Source: Toensbergia leucococca (taxonomy: Eukaryota). Taken from it: a stretch of DNA of 64,000 bases. Below, piece after piece: positions 1 through 12,900 of the stretch. The translations under genes were made by a program, and so were the position numbers. Location: positions 1 through 64,000 of the forward strand of contig JALDZS010000138.1 of the NCBI GenBank assembly GCA_022813965.1, in the 5' to 3' direction. Below the pieces are notes generated by a model that had not been told where the DNA came from, did no database searches, and saw only the letters and a list, made by a program, of their open reading frames with translations. Position 1 is the first letter of the stretch. Every line of letters begins with the position of its first letter.

Positions 1-424
1 GTGCTCATTTAATCAATGTCTCAGATTTAAATGCACACATCAATCATTACAGTTTTCTTTTCCCCTTTCTTCTTCCTCCCCTTTCACCCCTTATCTTCTC
101 TCATTCTCTCTTTCTCAGCTCATTACTATGGAGGCGTTCATCAACTTGAAGACTGAATTTCAGATGAAACAGAATTCAGAACAAGCGCGGCAAAGCATGT
201 ACTGAAAGGGAAAATGAATCACATCCCGTCTCAAAAATCAAGACCCTTATTCTACTGCTCTGGAATAATGCACTTTGTAGTCAGCTTTGTGTAGATATAT
301 CTTCCATTCATAACGCCATAGCACTCAGCTCACAGGGGCCGCACTTACGGCAACAGGAATCTTGGCTGCATGTACCGTCTTATGAATCAGTCCGGCTTTA
401 CCGCGATCTGCTACTTGGCTTCCC

Positions 425-1260
425 TCACTGACCCGTAGCAAACGCACCAAAGGGCATTGCTTTGCCCTGCACCTTGATAAAAGGGGTATTTTTTTTTGGG
501 CACGCTTGGAAATTTACCAAGAATTTACACAAATGTTCCCAACCGTCCCGTGGCTGAAGTTTTGACAGGTTGTCATTGGGAGCTATAGATCGCACATGGT
601 TGTTATAGGCGATGAAGCCATCGCGAAGCGCGGCACGGTTAAAGGGTCCCCAGACATCCACTGTTTGAGGAGTGTTAGGTTGAGATTGTAGAAATCTTCT
701 CAGAAGTCCTGATGATTTTGTGAGAACGTAACAGGCTAAGATTGATACTTCAGCGAGGAAGGTCTACTGGGTTGAGGGATCTAATAGGATTCCAGAACAA
801 TAATCTAAGTAGTGGGTAGTAGAGACATTCCATAGATTTGATCTATGCATCCGGGTCTCGAGTGGAGAGTATGATTTTGGCCTGGGGATAAGCGGCAAGA
901 AGCTCTTCAGGGAAAACAGGTGCATGGGGCGTCTGTTAAATCCACTTCTTAGCATGGATGGGGATCTGGAGGCAGTGACAAAAAGTTTGAGGCTGGCACG
1001 GTGGTTGCGAAGCAACTTGTCATTATCAATAAGCCCGTACGTTCCTTCAGTATAGTATGGTGCAATTAGACCTCCTACCCAACAACTGATATGCTGGTCT
1101 TTGGTGTTCGAAATAGCTCTGCGCCATGACAAGGTGTGATACCCAAGGATTTAGGAGCACTAGATATTGCTTGCGTCTCACATTCAGCGGACACTTATTT
1201 TGAGAAAAGGAGAAGTCACTCGGTATCCCTGAGCGCAAGAGTCCTAGACAAAGCAATTTC
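425..1260 (-). pseudogene. Degenerate P-loop sulfotransferase-like (Sulfotransfer_4-type) gene
   Basis: Family fragments lie in order but in different frames: LCLGLLRSG (~1256), LTDAPC then PEELLAAYPQAKIILSTRDPDA* (~935-840; frameshift and stop), and YNNHVRSIAP..DGWEHLCKFL (~605-520). Confidence 0.65.
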
Positions 1261-1759
1261 GACTCATTGAAGCGAGGGGAGACAGAAGGTGCTTTATCAG
1301 TCTGACATTGCTATATCCATGTGTTCGATGGACTCAATGAAAGAGAATTTTTTAGCCTTGCCCTACTCTGCTGACACCTTTGGCGAAATGTGATAAAACT
1401 TTATTAAGTAAGATAATGAGTAGATTTGTGAAGGAGTAAGAGTAAAGGAACGTCGATTGATACAAGACAACCCAGGTAGGATCTTACGTAAGACAGGTCA
1501 ATTGATGAAGGAGATGCACCAATCTCAGTGGATTGATCAAAGATGCTTGTGATTGGTGAGGATAGGTAGGCTCGAAGTAGGTGGCTGGTGGTAAGCGTGG
1601 TAAGGTACCTCGCTGCCTCGGTACGGATAGCTCGGGGAGTAGGTAGTAGCATCTGGCGCTAGGCAATAAGTAATGCCGAGCCGTGATTGCCGCAGGAAAT
1701 TTCAATCCTCGAATGCCTCCCAACGTTTCAAATGATTATTCACAAACACCAGTCACACA

Positions 1760-2870
1760 ATGGCCACTGTCTACAAATCCCTGGCAAGACCCTCCTCCAA
1801 AAATGAGGACGAAATCAACCCGAACCCGTCCAAGAAAAATAGACAAAGAGTTTTAATCCTCAGCTCAAGAGGCGTAACATACAGGTCTGCAGTTAATCCC
1901 CTCCTCGAAAACCCGAATTCAATTCCATGCCAAACCTCCCAATAACATGCAAAAAAAAATCAGACACCGGCACCTTCTCAATGATTTGTATTCCCTCCTC
2001 CCCCACAGCCGCAAAGACGCCAAGCTCGACACAAAGACAAAACTCTACCAGCTCAACGAGCTAGCAGACCTCTATAACTGCAACAATGTGCTCTTCTTCG
2101 AAGCCCGCAAAGCAAAAGACCTCTACATCTGGATGAGCAAAGCCCCCAATGGCCCGACCGTGAAGATGCATCTCCAAAACCGTATCGTCGCCCCCATTTT
2201 CCCCTCACAACACCAATCCAAACTAACGTAACCACCCTCCTTTGGCGCAGTACACACAATGTCCGAACTCCACTTCCCCGGTAATTGCCTCCGCGGCTCA
2301 AGGCCCATTCTCTCCTTCTCGTCCTCCTTCACCAGCAGCCCGCACCTCCTCCTCATCCAATCCCTCCTAACCTCCATCTTCTCCGTCCCCAAAACCTCCC
2401 GCAAAATAAAACCTTTCATCGACCACGTCATTGGCTTCACCCTCGCCGACAACAAAATCTGGATTCGATGCTACCAAATCAATGAAACCGAAGTCGCCAA
2501 AACAGACTCGACTCAAGAGGCTAAAAAGGCGAATGGGGAAGCAAAGGCAAAGGCAAAAGCGAATGTGAAGGTTAAGAGGGGAGAGAAACCCGACACGAAG
2601 ATCTCGCTGGTGGAAATCGGGCCCCGATTCGTGCTCACGCCCATAGTGATCCTGGAGTCTAGCTTTGGCGGCCCGGTTATCTACGAGAACAAGGAGTTTG
2701 TGAGCCCGAATCAGATACGATCAGAGCTCCGGGTTGGGAAGGCGGGGAGATATCTGAGGCGGAATGAGCAAGGGGTCGAGGGGAAGGCGAAAAGGGGAGA
2801 ATTGGGACTGAGGACAGGGGTTGGCGAGAAGGAGAGGGATGAATTAGACGAAGGGGTATTGTTTGCTTAG
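1760..2870 (+). CDS. BRX1: Ribosome biogenesis protein Brx1 (Brix domain); exons ~1760-1884, 1964-2181, 2251-2870
   Basis: Brix motifs RVLILSSRGVTYRHRHLL, CNNVLFFEARK, ELHFPGNCLRGSRPILSF and LVEIGPRFVLTP; two GT-AG introns join the ORFs in frame. Confidence 0.95.
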
Positions 2871-3693
2871 AGTGGGGAAAGCGAAAGCTAGTTGCGGAGT
2901 TTGGTTGAGGACCGATACCTTTCTGCCGTCATCATACCTAGAAGTCACGAGCTGTATTGACTGATGCCAGAAAATTATCGAATACTGCATAGTTTCCCAC
3001 TGATCCGGATATTTTACAAATTTGGCTCAACTCGTTATCTCCGAGGTACCGAAAGCATTACTTTCTGGGTTTCTTGCGCGCTGTATATGGCTCGTGAGAG
3101 GGACAGGTTTAGAGTTTGCTTTTTGCAGCTGCCAATGAGGTGGTCGATAGGGAGGAACGATTATCTCCCATGTAAATCCACGTGTGCGTAATGTCGGATC
3201 ATAGAGCACGCTGAATCGTTCCTGACTTGAATGCATGATTTGAGATTCATTGAGAATCAGTATTCGGCGCAGAAGAGACCTAATCCAGAATCACAGTCCA
3301 ACGCCTGGGAAACATCATATTCTTTCTCTCATGAACATTTTCGTGAAATGAGGGGGAAGAAGTCCGCTTTTGCAAAGCTAGGGGGACGGAGTCTTTTCTC
3401 TTTTTTCGAAAATACATGGCAACACTTGATGACGTTTGATATTTTGGCCCAGAAGGAGAACTATGAGTACTATTTGAGTGACCACGCTAAGATCATGGCG
3501 CTGACGAAGTGCAAATGCCAAAGGTCTGAAGGTCTACCGGAGGTGTTGAAGGTGGGAACGCGAGAAAATCCAGCGTAGATAGGTTTTGCTGGTATGGAGG
3601 ATTGCAAGAAGTCCTTCATAAAGTGTGTGTATTCTGTGAAACAGAAGACTTTGATAGATACAACAATCGGATTTCCAGAGGCAGGTGACAGAG

Positions 3694-4431
3694 TTAATTC
3701 CTGTAATATGCGCCTGAGAGGTGTGACATAAGCTCCTGGCGTATATCAGTGGCCATTGAACCGGAGAGGGAAGCTATCTGGGTATTTTCCAGGCATAGAA
3801 AAGGACCAAGGACGGTCTGGCTGATGCTGTCCGTACAACTCTCATCTTGGAAGTGAATATGCAGCTTCTGTATCTTGGGAAAGTCTCCCAAGACTTTGCA
3901 GAGGATCTCAACCTGGTCTTTCAACCCTTGTGCCAGACGGCTATGATTGTACTTTACGACGTCTGTGTAATTGTCAGGGTGGTGTATTCGGACGTGGAAT
4001 TTTCGTATCAATGCTAAGTTGCGTGAGGAGAAATCCTCGGGGAATGCCATGGTCCGTTTTGGGACCAGGCCGGTGGGGAGAAGCCATTGATATGCAAAGG
4101 TAACGCAGTCCCAAACGACATCGAGGACAAACGTGCTGCTGCCGTACATGGTTTTCACGGCCTCGCTGTAGATTTGTTTGCTTGTGCGGAGAATTGAGGT
4201 GTTCCCCCGAAGCCAGGCTATGCCTTTCCCTTTGACATGAACGCTGGAAGGTAGCAAATTGCTGTATATATTTTGTCTTATCTCGAGTGGTAGTAAATGC
4301 AAAGAGCATATATCATGGTGCTCTTCGTGCTGTTGGAGGTCTCCAGTCTGGCAGGGAGTTCCCGTAGTGTTTATTCTGCTGACGGCCGACAGCATTTCTT
4401 CGTCGTAGCCGTATACGGATATTGAGGCCAT
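3694..4431 (-). CDS. Hypothetical protein with F-box-like LLPLEIRQNIY motif
   Basis: 245-aa ORF; LPLEIRxxIY and ILRTSKQIYSEA motifs are typical of fungal F-box-like hypothetical proteins. 5' end uncertain. Confidence 0.6.
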   Translation of the reverse strand: MASISVYGYDEEMLSAVSRINTTGTPCQTGDLQQHEEHHDICSLHLLPLEIRQNIYSNLLPSSVHVKGKGIAWLRGNTSILRTSKQIYSEAVKTMYGSSTFVLDVVWDCVTFAYQWLLPTGLVPKRTMAFPEDFSSRNLALIRKFHVRIHHPDNYTDVVKYNHSRLAQGLKDQVEILCKVLGDFPKIQKLHIHFQDESCTDSISQTVLGPFLCLENTQIASLSGSMATDIRQELMSHLSGAYYRN

Positions 4432-4831
4432 GATACCAACACTGATATTTATTCCAGGACATATATTGAGCCATGCAATTTCGAGAGAGTAAACAACACA
4501 CCAATTGTGCCTAAGAGATCACAGAAATAAAAGATATAAATGGACACAGGTATGTCTGACAGGTCCAATCTTTCATGGTGACAAAGTGGAATTGACCTGC
4601 ACTTTCGGCGAGAGGAGTTTCGTATCTTAGACTTATTGATCAAGATGCTTGGAACATCGAGGGAATAGAGGTTGTAGATACTCCGCACGGAGTAATGTCT
4701 CGGGGGTTAGGGCCGTAGTTCCGCGCCTGTGGGGCCACTCCATCGAGGGAATACGAAGAATCTCGCAATAATCTCATCCTTCCTTCAAATCTTTGGCAAT
4801 CCTTTTGCTTCGAGCATACTCCGTACACATC

Positions 4832-6387
4832 ATGAGTGAACCATCATCTCCAAATCAAGAGGGTCCAACCCACGCGCCACCATCTCTGCCTGACGGCTGG
4901 TAAACTTCTCTTTCTACGGACACCGGCGCCCAATAGCAGACTGACGTGTGCTTGTCCATAGGCTTGCGCAATGGGAAGGCCAGTCCCGCAAATACTACTA
5001 TGTACAAAGAGCTACCGGACATTCACAATGGGACATCCCTACTCAACCTGCTCTTTCAGTGCCAACTCCAGATCCCACACCTCAACCTATAAATGATCCG
5101 TTTCAACAGCCGCCACAAGCAAGGTCTCCAGTTGTAGGACCTGATGGTGTAGCAGTCATGAGAAACGAAGATGGCACCGTGGAACACTATGAAGGTGCTG
5201 ATCGGGGTTTTATACAAGTATGTGCTTCATTGTTATCTAGGACCTGTGAAGGATTCCGTTGATCAGATGTGAGATCAGGACCTAGCCATGAATGCTATCA
5301 CTGGTGGGAAGCAAAATAACAAACCGAATCAATCTGGGCTGGGAGGTTTAGCAGGCTCTTTCTTGGGAGGGCAGTCGCATGGAAATAATAACCATAGTAG
5401 CAATAATAGTGGAGGAAGTGGCGGTCTAGCAGGCCAGCTTGTTGGTAGCTTATTGGGCAGTGGGAAGCCTCAGAACCAGCAGCAGTCGAATCAGCAGCCT
5501 ACAGGTTCCGGGGGGTATGGAGGCTCATCATCAGGCGCCCAACCGCCGAGTGGTCTAATGGGGCTGGCTTCTAGCTTCCTAGGAGGTCATCATGGTTCTT
5601 CGGTACGCAAACATTTGTACTACGCATCTTTGCTCGCTGACCAGAGTCGCAGAACCAAAGCAATAGTTATGGCTATTCTTCAAGTGGACAAGGATCGAGT
5701 AATAATTACTCTGGCCAAGCGCCGCCAGCCGCATATAAGCCATCAACCCAGCATAGTACTAGTCAATATGGACCATCAAATGGTCAATACAATCCTCCCA
5801 GTCAGCATCAACACCACCAGGATAGTGGAAACAATCATGGTCCTGTTGGTACTGCACAATACGACCAGAGCCATCCCACTTATTCGGGAGCCTCGCAATA
5901 TGGCCAACACAATGTTGGATCTCAAGAAAGCTTTGGTCAACATAACCAGCCATACCCCAGTCAACCATACGGTCAATATGGCACATCTAATTCCAGTACA
6001 CCTAGCTACGGTCAGCAGAGTCCATCATATCAGCCCCAACCACAGTCTCAAGCTCCCGCCTATGGTGCATATTCACCTCAGGCCCAGCAACACCATTATC
6101 CTCCTCAAGCACAACACACACCATCGTACCCGCCACCAGGTCACCAAGGTAGCTATGATTCTTACGCTCCTCCACCACCCATGAGTTCGCACCCTAGCCA
6201 GCAAGGCCATCACACTCAATACGTACCGCCGCCACCGAGCGGAGGTTATCCAGGCCATCAAGAGAATCCAAGCTATGGATCTCAAAGCGGGCAAGGGTAT
6301 GGTCAGCCCCAGCAGGGAGGATATGGGCAGCAGGGAAGTCAGTACAACAGCTATGGAGCACCCCCAGCGCCAGGATGGCGAGCTTGA
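4832..6387 (+). CDS. WW-domain protein with long G/Q/S/Y/H-rich low-complexity tail
   Basis: Spliced WW motif LPDGW|LAQWEGQSRKYYYVQRATGHSQWDIP; three further exons rich in G, Q, S, Y, ending PPAPGWRA*. Confidence 0.8.
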
Positions 6388-7020
6388 GATTGATTGATAG
6401 CAATGGCCCTTCAAATAACGAAGGCGTTTGGTTCAAGATGTCAGCGACGGTGTTAAAAGGGACTTTATTTGTTAAGCTTGAATCTTTGAGAAGCAATTTT
6501 GATTCCACAAAGGCTGCATAGATTGAAAATGAAAGCAATGCTCCCTTGGAGTTGGATGGAACATTTCGCTGTCACGGGTCATTTTTGGATGTTGATGCAT
6601 CTGGTGTTGCAACTTAGTCGACATGGATCATACTGGCTTTCATATTTCATTCAAGGGAGTGAGGGGAAGACTATTGCCTATTCAAATACTTTCTTACTAC
6701 CAATGAAAACACGACTCATTAGTAAGCATACCGGTTTCATTTCGTACTCGAATTGCTTTCCCTCGTTTTTATTTGGCTGAGCGCAGTTCATTTCTAAATT
6801 CCTTTTCGTCGACAGGAGTTGTGCGATGGAGAGATAAGCAAGCGAGAAATCACGAGCGATGGAGGCATAGTGGGGCAACACCTGCCCAATCCATCCAGCA
6901 CCCCGAGTGTACATCGGCTCAAACCCTGATGGAGAGAAGACGCTCTTCGGGGATACCCGCTGACGGTACTGCATATCATGATTCGCATTCCCAGCTGACG
7001 TCCTCAACGAAGACACAAAC

Positions 7021-8776
7021 ATGGCCACCTTTATCGACGTCGAGGACCTCAAAGGAGAAAAGTCGGCAGTAATCGACTCCGTTCCCTCTGACTACAGTAG
7101 CGAAAATGATGACACGCATAATTCAAACAGCCTACCTGCTGCCGTCGCTAAAATTGGTGTCCTCGCCCAACTGCGTCACTATGAAGCAGTCCTTGACCGT
7201 AGACTTGGCATCGAGAGCCATGGACCAGACCGCATTCTGCCTGAGAATCGCAACCCGCCGCATCCTGCCGTCATGGCGCTATTGTGGGCGAGTGGGACTA
7301 TGAACTTGAGTTGTTTTGCGACAGGATTCATAGGCTGGGAGCTTGGCTTGAGCTTGAAGCAGAGTATCCTAACAACAATATTTGGAACGTTACTCGGGGG
7401 TATGGTCACGGTAAGATGAAGTTTGCTCAAGGGGGCTCGGTGGAGTATTTGGCTAATAGGGGATTGGGTCTAGGGATGGTGCGCAACAATGGGCCCTGGA
7501 ACAGGTCTACGGCAGGTGGCTATTTCAAGATACAGCTTTGGATGGTGGCCTTCAAAGATTATCGCTGCTCTGAATGTCATTGAACAGCTAGGTTGGTCAT
7601 CTGTTGGTAGTATTACTGGCGGGCTTGCCCTCTCCGCCGTGTCGGATGGGAGAGTATCCTTGATTTTAGGAGTCGTCATCGTCGCCGTTGCTGGCGTTTG
7701 CTTTAGCTTCGTTGGCCTAAAAGGGGTCATTTGGTACGAACAATACGCTTGGGCTCTCTTCTTCGTCATCTTTATGATCATGTACGGTGAAGCTGCGCCT
7801 ATGGCGGACCCGAAGACTCCGAGCGCACTTACAGGCTCCTCTCTGTCTGGCTCGGTGCTGACGTTGTTGGCTATTGTGTATGGATCGAGCGCTTCTTGGT
7901 CCTCGATAGCGTCGGATTACTATGTTCACTACCACGTTGACACTTCAAAGACCAAGGTATTCCTACTTACCACGCTTGGAGTTTCCTTGCCAACTTGTAT
8001 TGGTATGGTTCTGGGTTGCTGTGTTGGCTCGACCATGGGAATTAATACGGTATGGGCGGATGCATACGATTCAGGGCTTGGTTACTTGATACAGACTATG
8101 CTCTTCCCCTTGGGTTTTGCAAAATTTTTACTGGTTCTCCTGGTTCTCTCTTCAAGTACGTAAATCCCATCTTTAAACCCTTTCATCTCGGATTACTAGC
8201 GAACTTCACTAACTTCTCCTACAGTTGGGTTAGTAGATCATTCACTACCTACTCAAACATGCGTTATTAACATCGCGTTCTAGTATAAATTGCATAGCTT
8301 GCTATTCCGCTGCGCTATCCATCCAACTTTTTGCCAAACCTCTGCAACTCGTACCCCGTGCTTTTTGGACTCTGCTTGTTTTTATCGGCATCCTCCTCCT
8401 CGGCGTGGTTGGCCGCAATCATCTCTTGGCTGTTCTGGAAAATTTCTTGGCCCTCCTAGGGTACTGGAATACGGCGTTCTTTGTCATCCTCTTCACAGAA
8501 CATTACGTATTTCGTGGAGCCAATCTTGACAACTACAACCTCGAGGTTTGGAACACGCCTGCGAAAATGCCTCTTGGGATTGCTGGCTTGGCGGCTTTCT
8601 TGATGGGCATCGTAGGTTGCATCCTAGGGATGGTTCAAACCTGGTATGTGGGAGTGATTGCAGAGAAGATAGGAAGTACCGGGGGCGACATTGGAAACCA
8701 GTTGGCCTTTATCTTTACGCTTGTGACTTATATTCCCATCAGGTATTGGGAGCGAAAGACATTTCCTGGAAGGTAG
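7021..8776 (+). CDS. Purine-cytosine/pyridoxine permease (NCS1, Fcy2-like)
   Basis: Hydrophobic multi-TM ORFs with GPGTGLRQVAISRYSFGWW, SWSSIASDYYVH and ENFLALLGYW motifs; the model needs a 4-nt micro-exon at 8225-8228. Confidence 0.9.
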
Positions 8777-9944
8777 AAGGTAGAAGGTTTGGGTGACTAA
8801 TTTACAAGGGTTTTGTTATCTACGAGTTTATGACGGAGTAGCAGGCATATATTATCTCTGTAATATGAACTATGTTGTTGAATCAGTTTTGGCTTCTGGT
8901 GCGACGTCCTTCAGGGCTGTGGAGTTGAGACGGGCCTCAGACTTTGTTTGACATTTTCATAAATGTCACGCGTGGCTCGAAATACTGTGACGAGCACAGA
9001 GACTGTTTCACTGGGCGTTTGCAAGGCTTGAGATGAAACAAGTCGGTACGGTATGAAATCCAATTTTGGCAACCGGGCTGAGTCGGTTTCCAAAGAATTT
9101 TTAACGTGAGTGACGTGTTTCTGTCAATTTGCTTGTCCATTGGCAGTAGTTGTGGTGTATGACCAGTGACTCCCTCTCATCTCTTCGTGTATCAACACGC
9201 CTCCAAAGCATCTACCTCTTTGCCTATTTTCAACGAAAGAATCTAAGATGCGGGTTCGGTTAAACCATATGGAGAATCTTTCGTAGGGATGGGACGAGCG
9301 CCCCTGGGATCATAAGACGGTGTTATGTCAGTGATGGGTTCCATCATCGTAATTGGCTTCAAGCATGCTGCATGTTGGCCTTGGCATCCGCAGCACAAGC
9401 ACTAGGTACCTTAAGCAGGTATCCCGTCCTAGATGCAGCTATCTACGCCTGTACTCACTAGAACTCATTGCTTTGTAGAAGTCCTCGAGTGAGAGATTGA
9501 CAGAATTGACATGATGGTTGCTGATGCTTTCAATTTTTTTTGAGATGGATTTGGTTACAATACGAGAACCAAGGAGCAAGGTCAGGATGACATGGGGTGC
9601 AAAAGCCGTTCGCTAGAGCCAGACGGTTGATTGGCTCAGACTCATAGGGCTAGCCTTGTTATGATTAACCGCGGGAACGATCCACCGTATCACGTTTCTC
9701 GATCAGCCACTCAGCCTCTTAGCTCATGGCAGATGTATGCTTTGGGATCGGCTCGTCCGATGTGTACTTGTCCCGTCACACATTACCAACTGTTCGTCCA
9801 TTTCTCCATTTCCCTCAAACAACTCTCTCAGTCGCAGCTCTGGCACACTTCAGTCGCAGACTTCCTCGGAACAATTGTAATGAATTGCACTGCAGTTAGC
9901 GAAGAACACAGTGCCTCTCTAGGTAGCTTCCGGATGTGCGCCCA

Positions 9945-12900
9945 ATGTCTTCTCGAGATGTCATAGATCTCTTCAAACTCGATGCACGCATCTATCCCGA
10001 CCACGTTGAAGACGCCTCCGAGACAACAGACACCCAAAAGGGACTGATTCATGTGAAGGTGGTGAAACAATGGTACAAAGAGAGGATACTAGGCCGGGGG
10101 GGCTTTGGCGTCGTGTGGTTGGAAAAGGAGCGTGGTGGAGAGCTCAGGGCTGTCAAAGAGATAGCGAAGTCCGACATGTCAAAGACGAATGAATCCGAGT
10201 CCCAGGTGGATTATGAAGAACTGTTGGCCATGGCTATACTATCCAAAGTACGAAGCCCTTGAGATCGGTATATGATTATCCTCTGTTGATTGGTTTTGAC
10301 CCATCGTAGTACAAAGGTGGGGCTTTCGTGAAATTCTATGGCTGGTATGAGACAATGGAGACCATTTTCCTCGCCATGGAGTATTTCCCCTACAGCGATT
10401 TGCGAAAGTACCTCAATGTCGAGTTCCCAGAGAGCGATGCAAAAGCCATCACGCAACAATTACTGATTGGTCTGAAAATCATGCATGAAAACCACATCAC
10501 TCACCGCGATCTCAAGCCAGAGGTAATCTCTGCCTACAACTATGTTGATCATCGAATCGCGATAAAGGCTGAAACTTAGGCAGAACATCTTTGTTTTCCA
10601 AAAATCGCCCAAGTGGTGGGTGAAGATTGGCGATTTTGGCATCAGCAAACGAATCAAATCCGAGGAAACAGCTCTTCGTTCGTACGTGGGCACTCAGTCA
10701 TTTCAAGCTCCAGAGATCCTCGGCTTTGGGGTGAAGAATCAAGAGAGCTCAGAATACACGGATGCTGTAGATATATGGTCGTTGGGATGCGTCATCTATC
10801 AACTCCTTACTCTCAAGGTGCCGTTTCCCAGTTACGCATCCATCGCCCTGTTCAGTCAGAAGTCTACACATTTTCCCGCCGAGGCTTTAAGGGCAAGACA
10901 TATTGACGAAACCTGCGTTTCACTTCTGGAAAACATGTTGATAATAGAGCCCTCGAACCGTCTGAGTGCAGAAATTGCTCTACAGTCCCCTTGGTTTTCA
11001 AAAGTCAGTGTGAATGGTGTGAGTACTGGTCTGAATCAAGATCCACATCGAGTGCGGGAGATTTCGCCAGCATTGTCAGGGAGTCAAGGACCATCACCTT
11101 TGGGGAAGAGGTATGCGACGAGACGTTCTCCTCGGTTCGATGGAAGTACGCATAACTTTACCATCGCCGAAAGGACACGCCAAGCTCCACAAGTAAGACA
11201 GTATATGCCAAGTCTCGTCCCTCAACCTGTGGTTCCATTGGCTTCAACTCTGAACTCCGGTCTGAATTCGGTAGGGGAAGAGGATGCCCGTGCGATCCAC
11301 CCCTGGATGGATGAAGCAGCGGAAGCGACGACATACCAGCCACAGAATCACATTGAAAGGAGCGTCATCGACCCTAGGATGGTAGGCCAGCAAGCAGAGC
11401 GCAGAGACGTGGGTCCACCATTCAATAACCAGCATTTTAGGTAAGCCAGCGACTTCTCCTCCGTACCTATCATTTCTTCCCACCTACCTCATTTCTTTAT
11501 ACGTACTTTATTTTCCTTCCGAGTACCTTCTCTTCACTATCCTATCAAAGGCTCTAATTTAAATGTCGTAGATCAAATGATATCTTTATTATGGTCATGG
11601 GGCCCGCTGGTGCGGGGAAAAGTACCTTCATATCAAGTTGTGGAGCCAAGAAAATAGAAGGCAACTTTGGCTTAAAATCAGGTAAGTGTCGACTCGTATG
11701 TTTTTGAGTGAAGGACGCTTGGATGACCATATCCAGATACAAGATCGATGAGCGTCTCTTCCCTCTCACTTGATGGGAAGATCTTGCACTTGATTGACAC
11801 ACCAAGCTTCGATGAAACGTGTATGTTTGATGTTGACGCATTGAAACAGATCTCACTCTGGCTTGGTGTATCCTACAAGAAGGAAAAAATACTCTTGACA
11901 GGGGTGATATACCTGCAACGAATTACGGATTACTATGTGGGAACAAAAGCCGCCAAAAACCTTCAAATGCTCAAGTACCTCTGTGGTAAGGACAGCTTTG
12001 CCTCTATAGTTCTAGCCACTACGATGTGGGACAAAACTTCTACCGAAGACGGTTCCCGACGAGAGTATGGACTTGCGTCGTCTCCAGAGGCCTTTTCACC
12101 ATTGATCAGGAAGGGATCAATAATGGTTCGGTATACAAACAACATTAGCTCAGCCATATCTGTTATCGCAATGTTGGTGAATCAACGCAAACCAACACTG
12201 CTCCGAATACAAAGCGAAATCATGAATCAAGGCCTCGTATTGAATCAAACCGAAGCAGGCCGCTTCTTGTGTGTTGAAATGAACCAACAACAGACTCTCT
12301 TCCAAAGGCAGCACCAGGAGACACAACAAGATTTGGAATTCGCACTTTCAAGAGGAGATCAAACTTTAGTTGACAAACTAATCGAGCGTCAAGACAGGTT
12401 GCAGCAAAAAATTGATCTCATTCAAAGAGCGCAAGATGAGTTGAAGGTCAATTTGGCCGGCTTATCCAAAGAGCAAGATGCACGACTGCGGTATTTCGAG
12501 ACGACTTATTCGAATCAAATAGCTGTTACAGCCGACGAGAGTGCTCAACCAAAACAGCCCCAATATTCAGAAAATCTCTCGGGCAAGTTAACCTCCTTTC
12601 TTGGAAAGTAGTGTGTCATACTAAACGACAATGTAGCATTGGACATAGCTAGTGCGAACAACTATGGGAGCTTGAAGGTCGAGAAAGATCAAATGCCAAG
12701 ACCTAGGAGTGTAGGCAATCTACAGCGGGTGAATGCAACAAACAGTGTTGAACCTCCTCCGGTCGACTTGGCTAGGCCAGACAGCTCTTCAAGCAAGATT
12801 GTAGACGCCAACCAAACGTCCAAACCAAGCAGAGCAGCATGGCGTTTATCGACAGACATGTTAGGTTTTGGGCTTGCAGCAGACATGGCTAACCAGTACA

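Noticed and set aside
2964..3578. Small plus-strand ORFs downstream of BRX1
   Set aside because: No motifs; likely intergenic.
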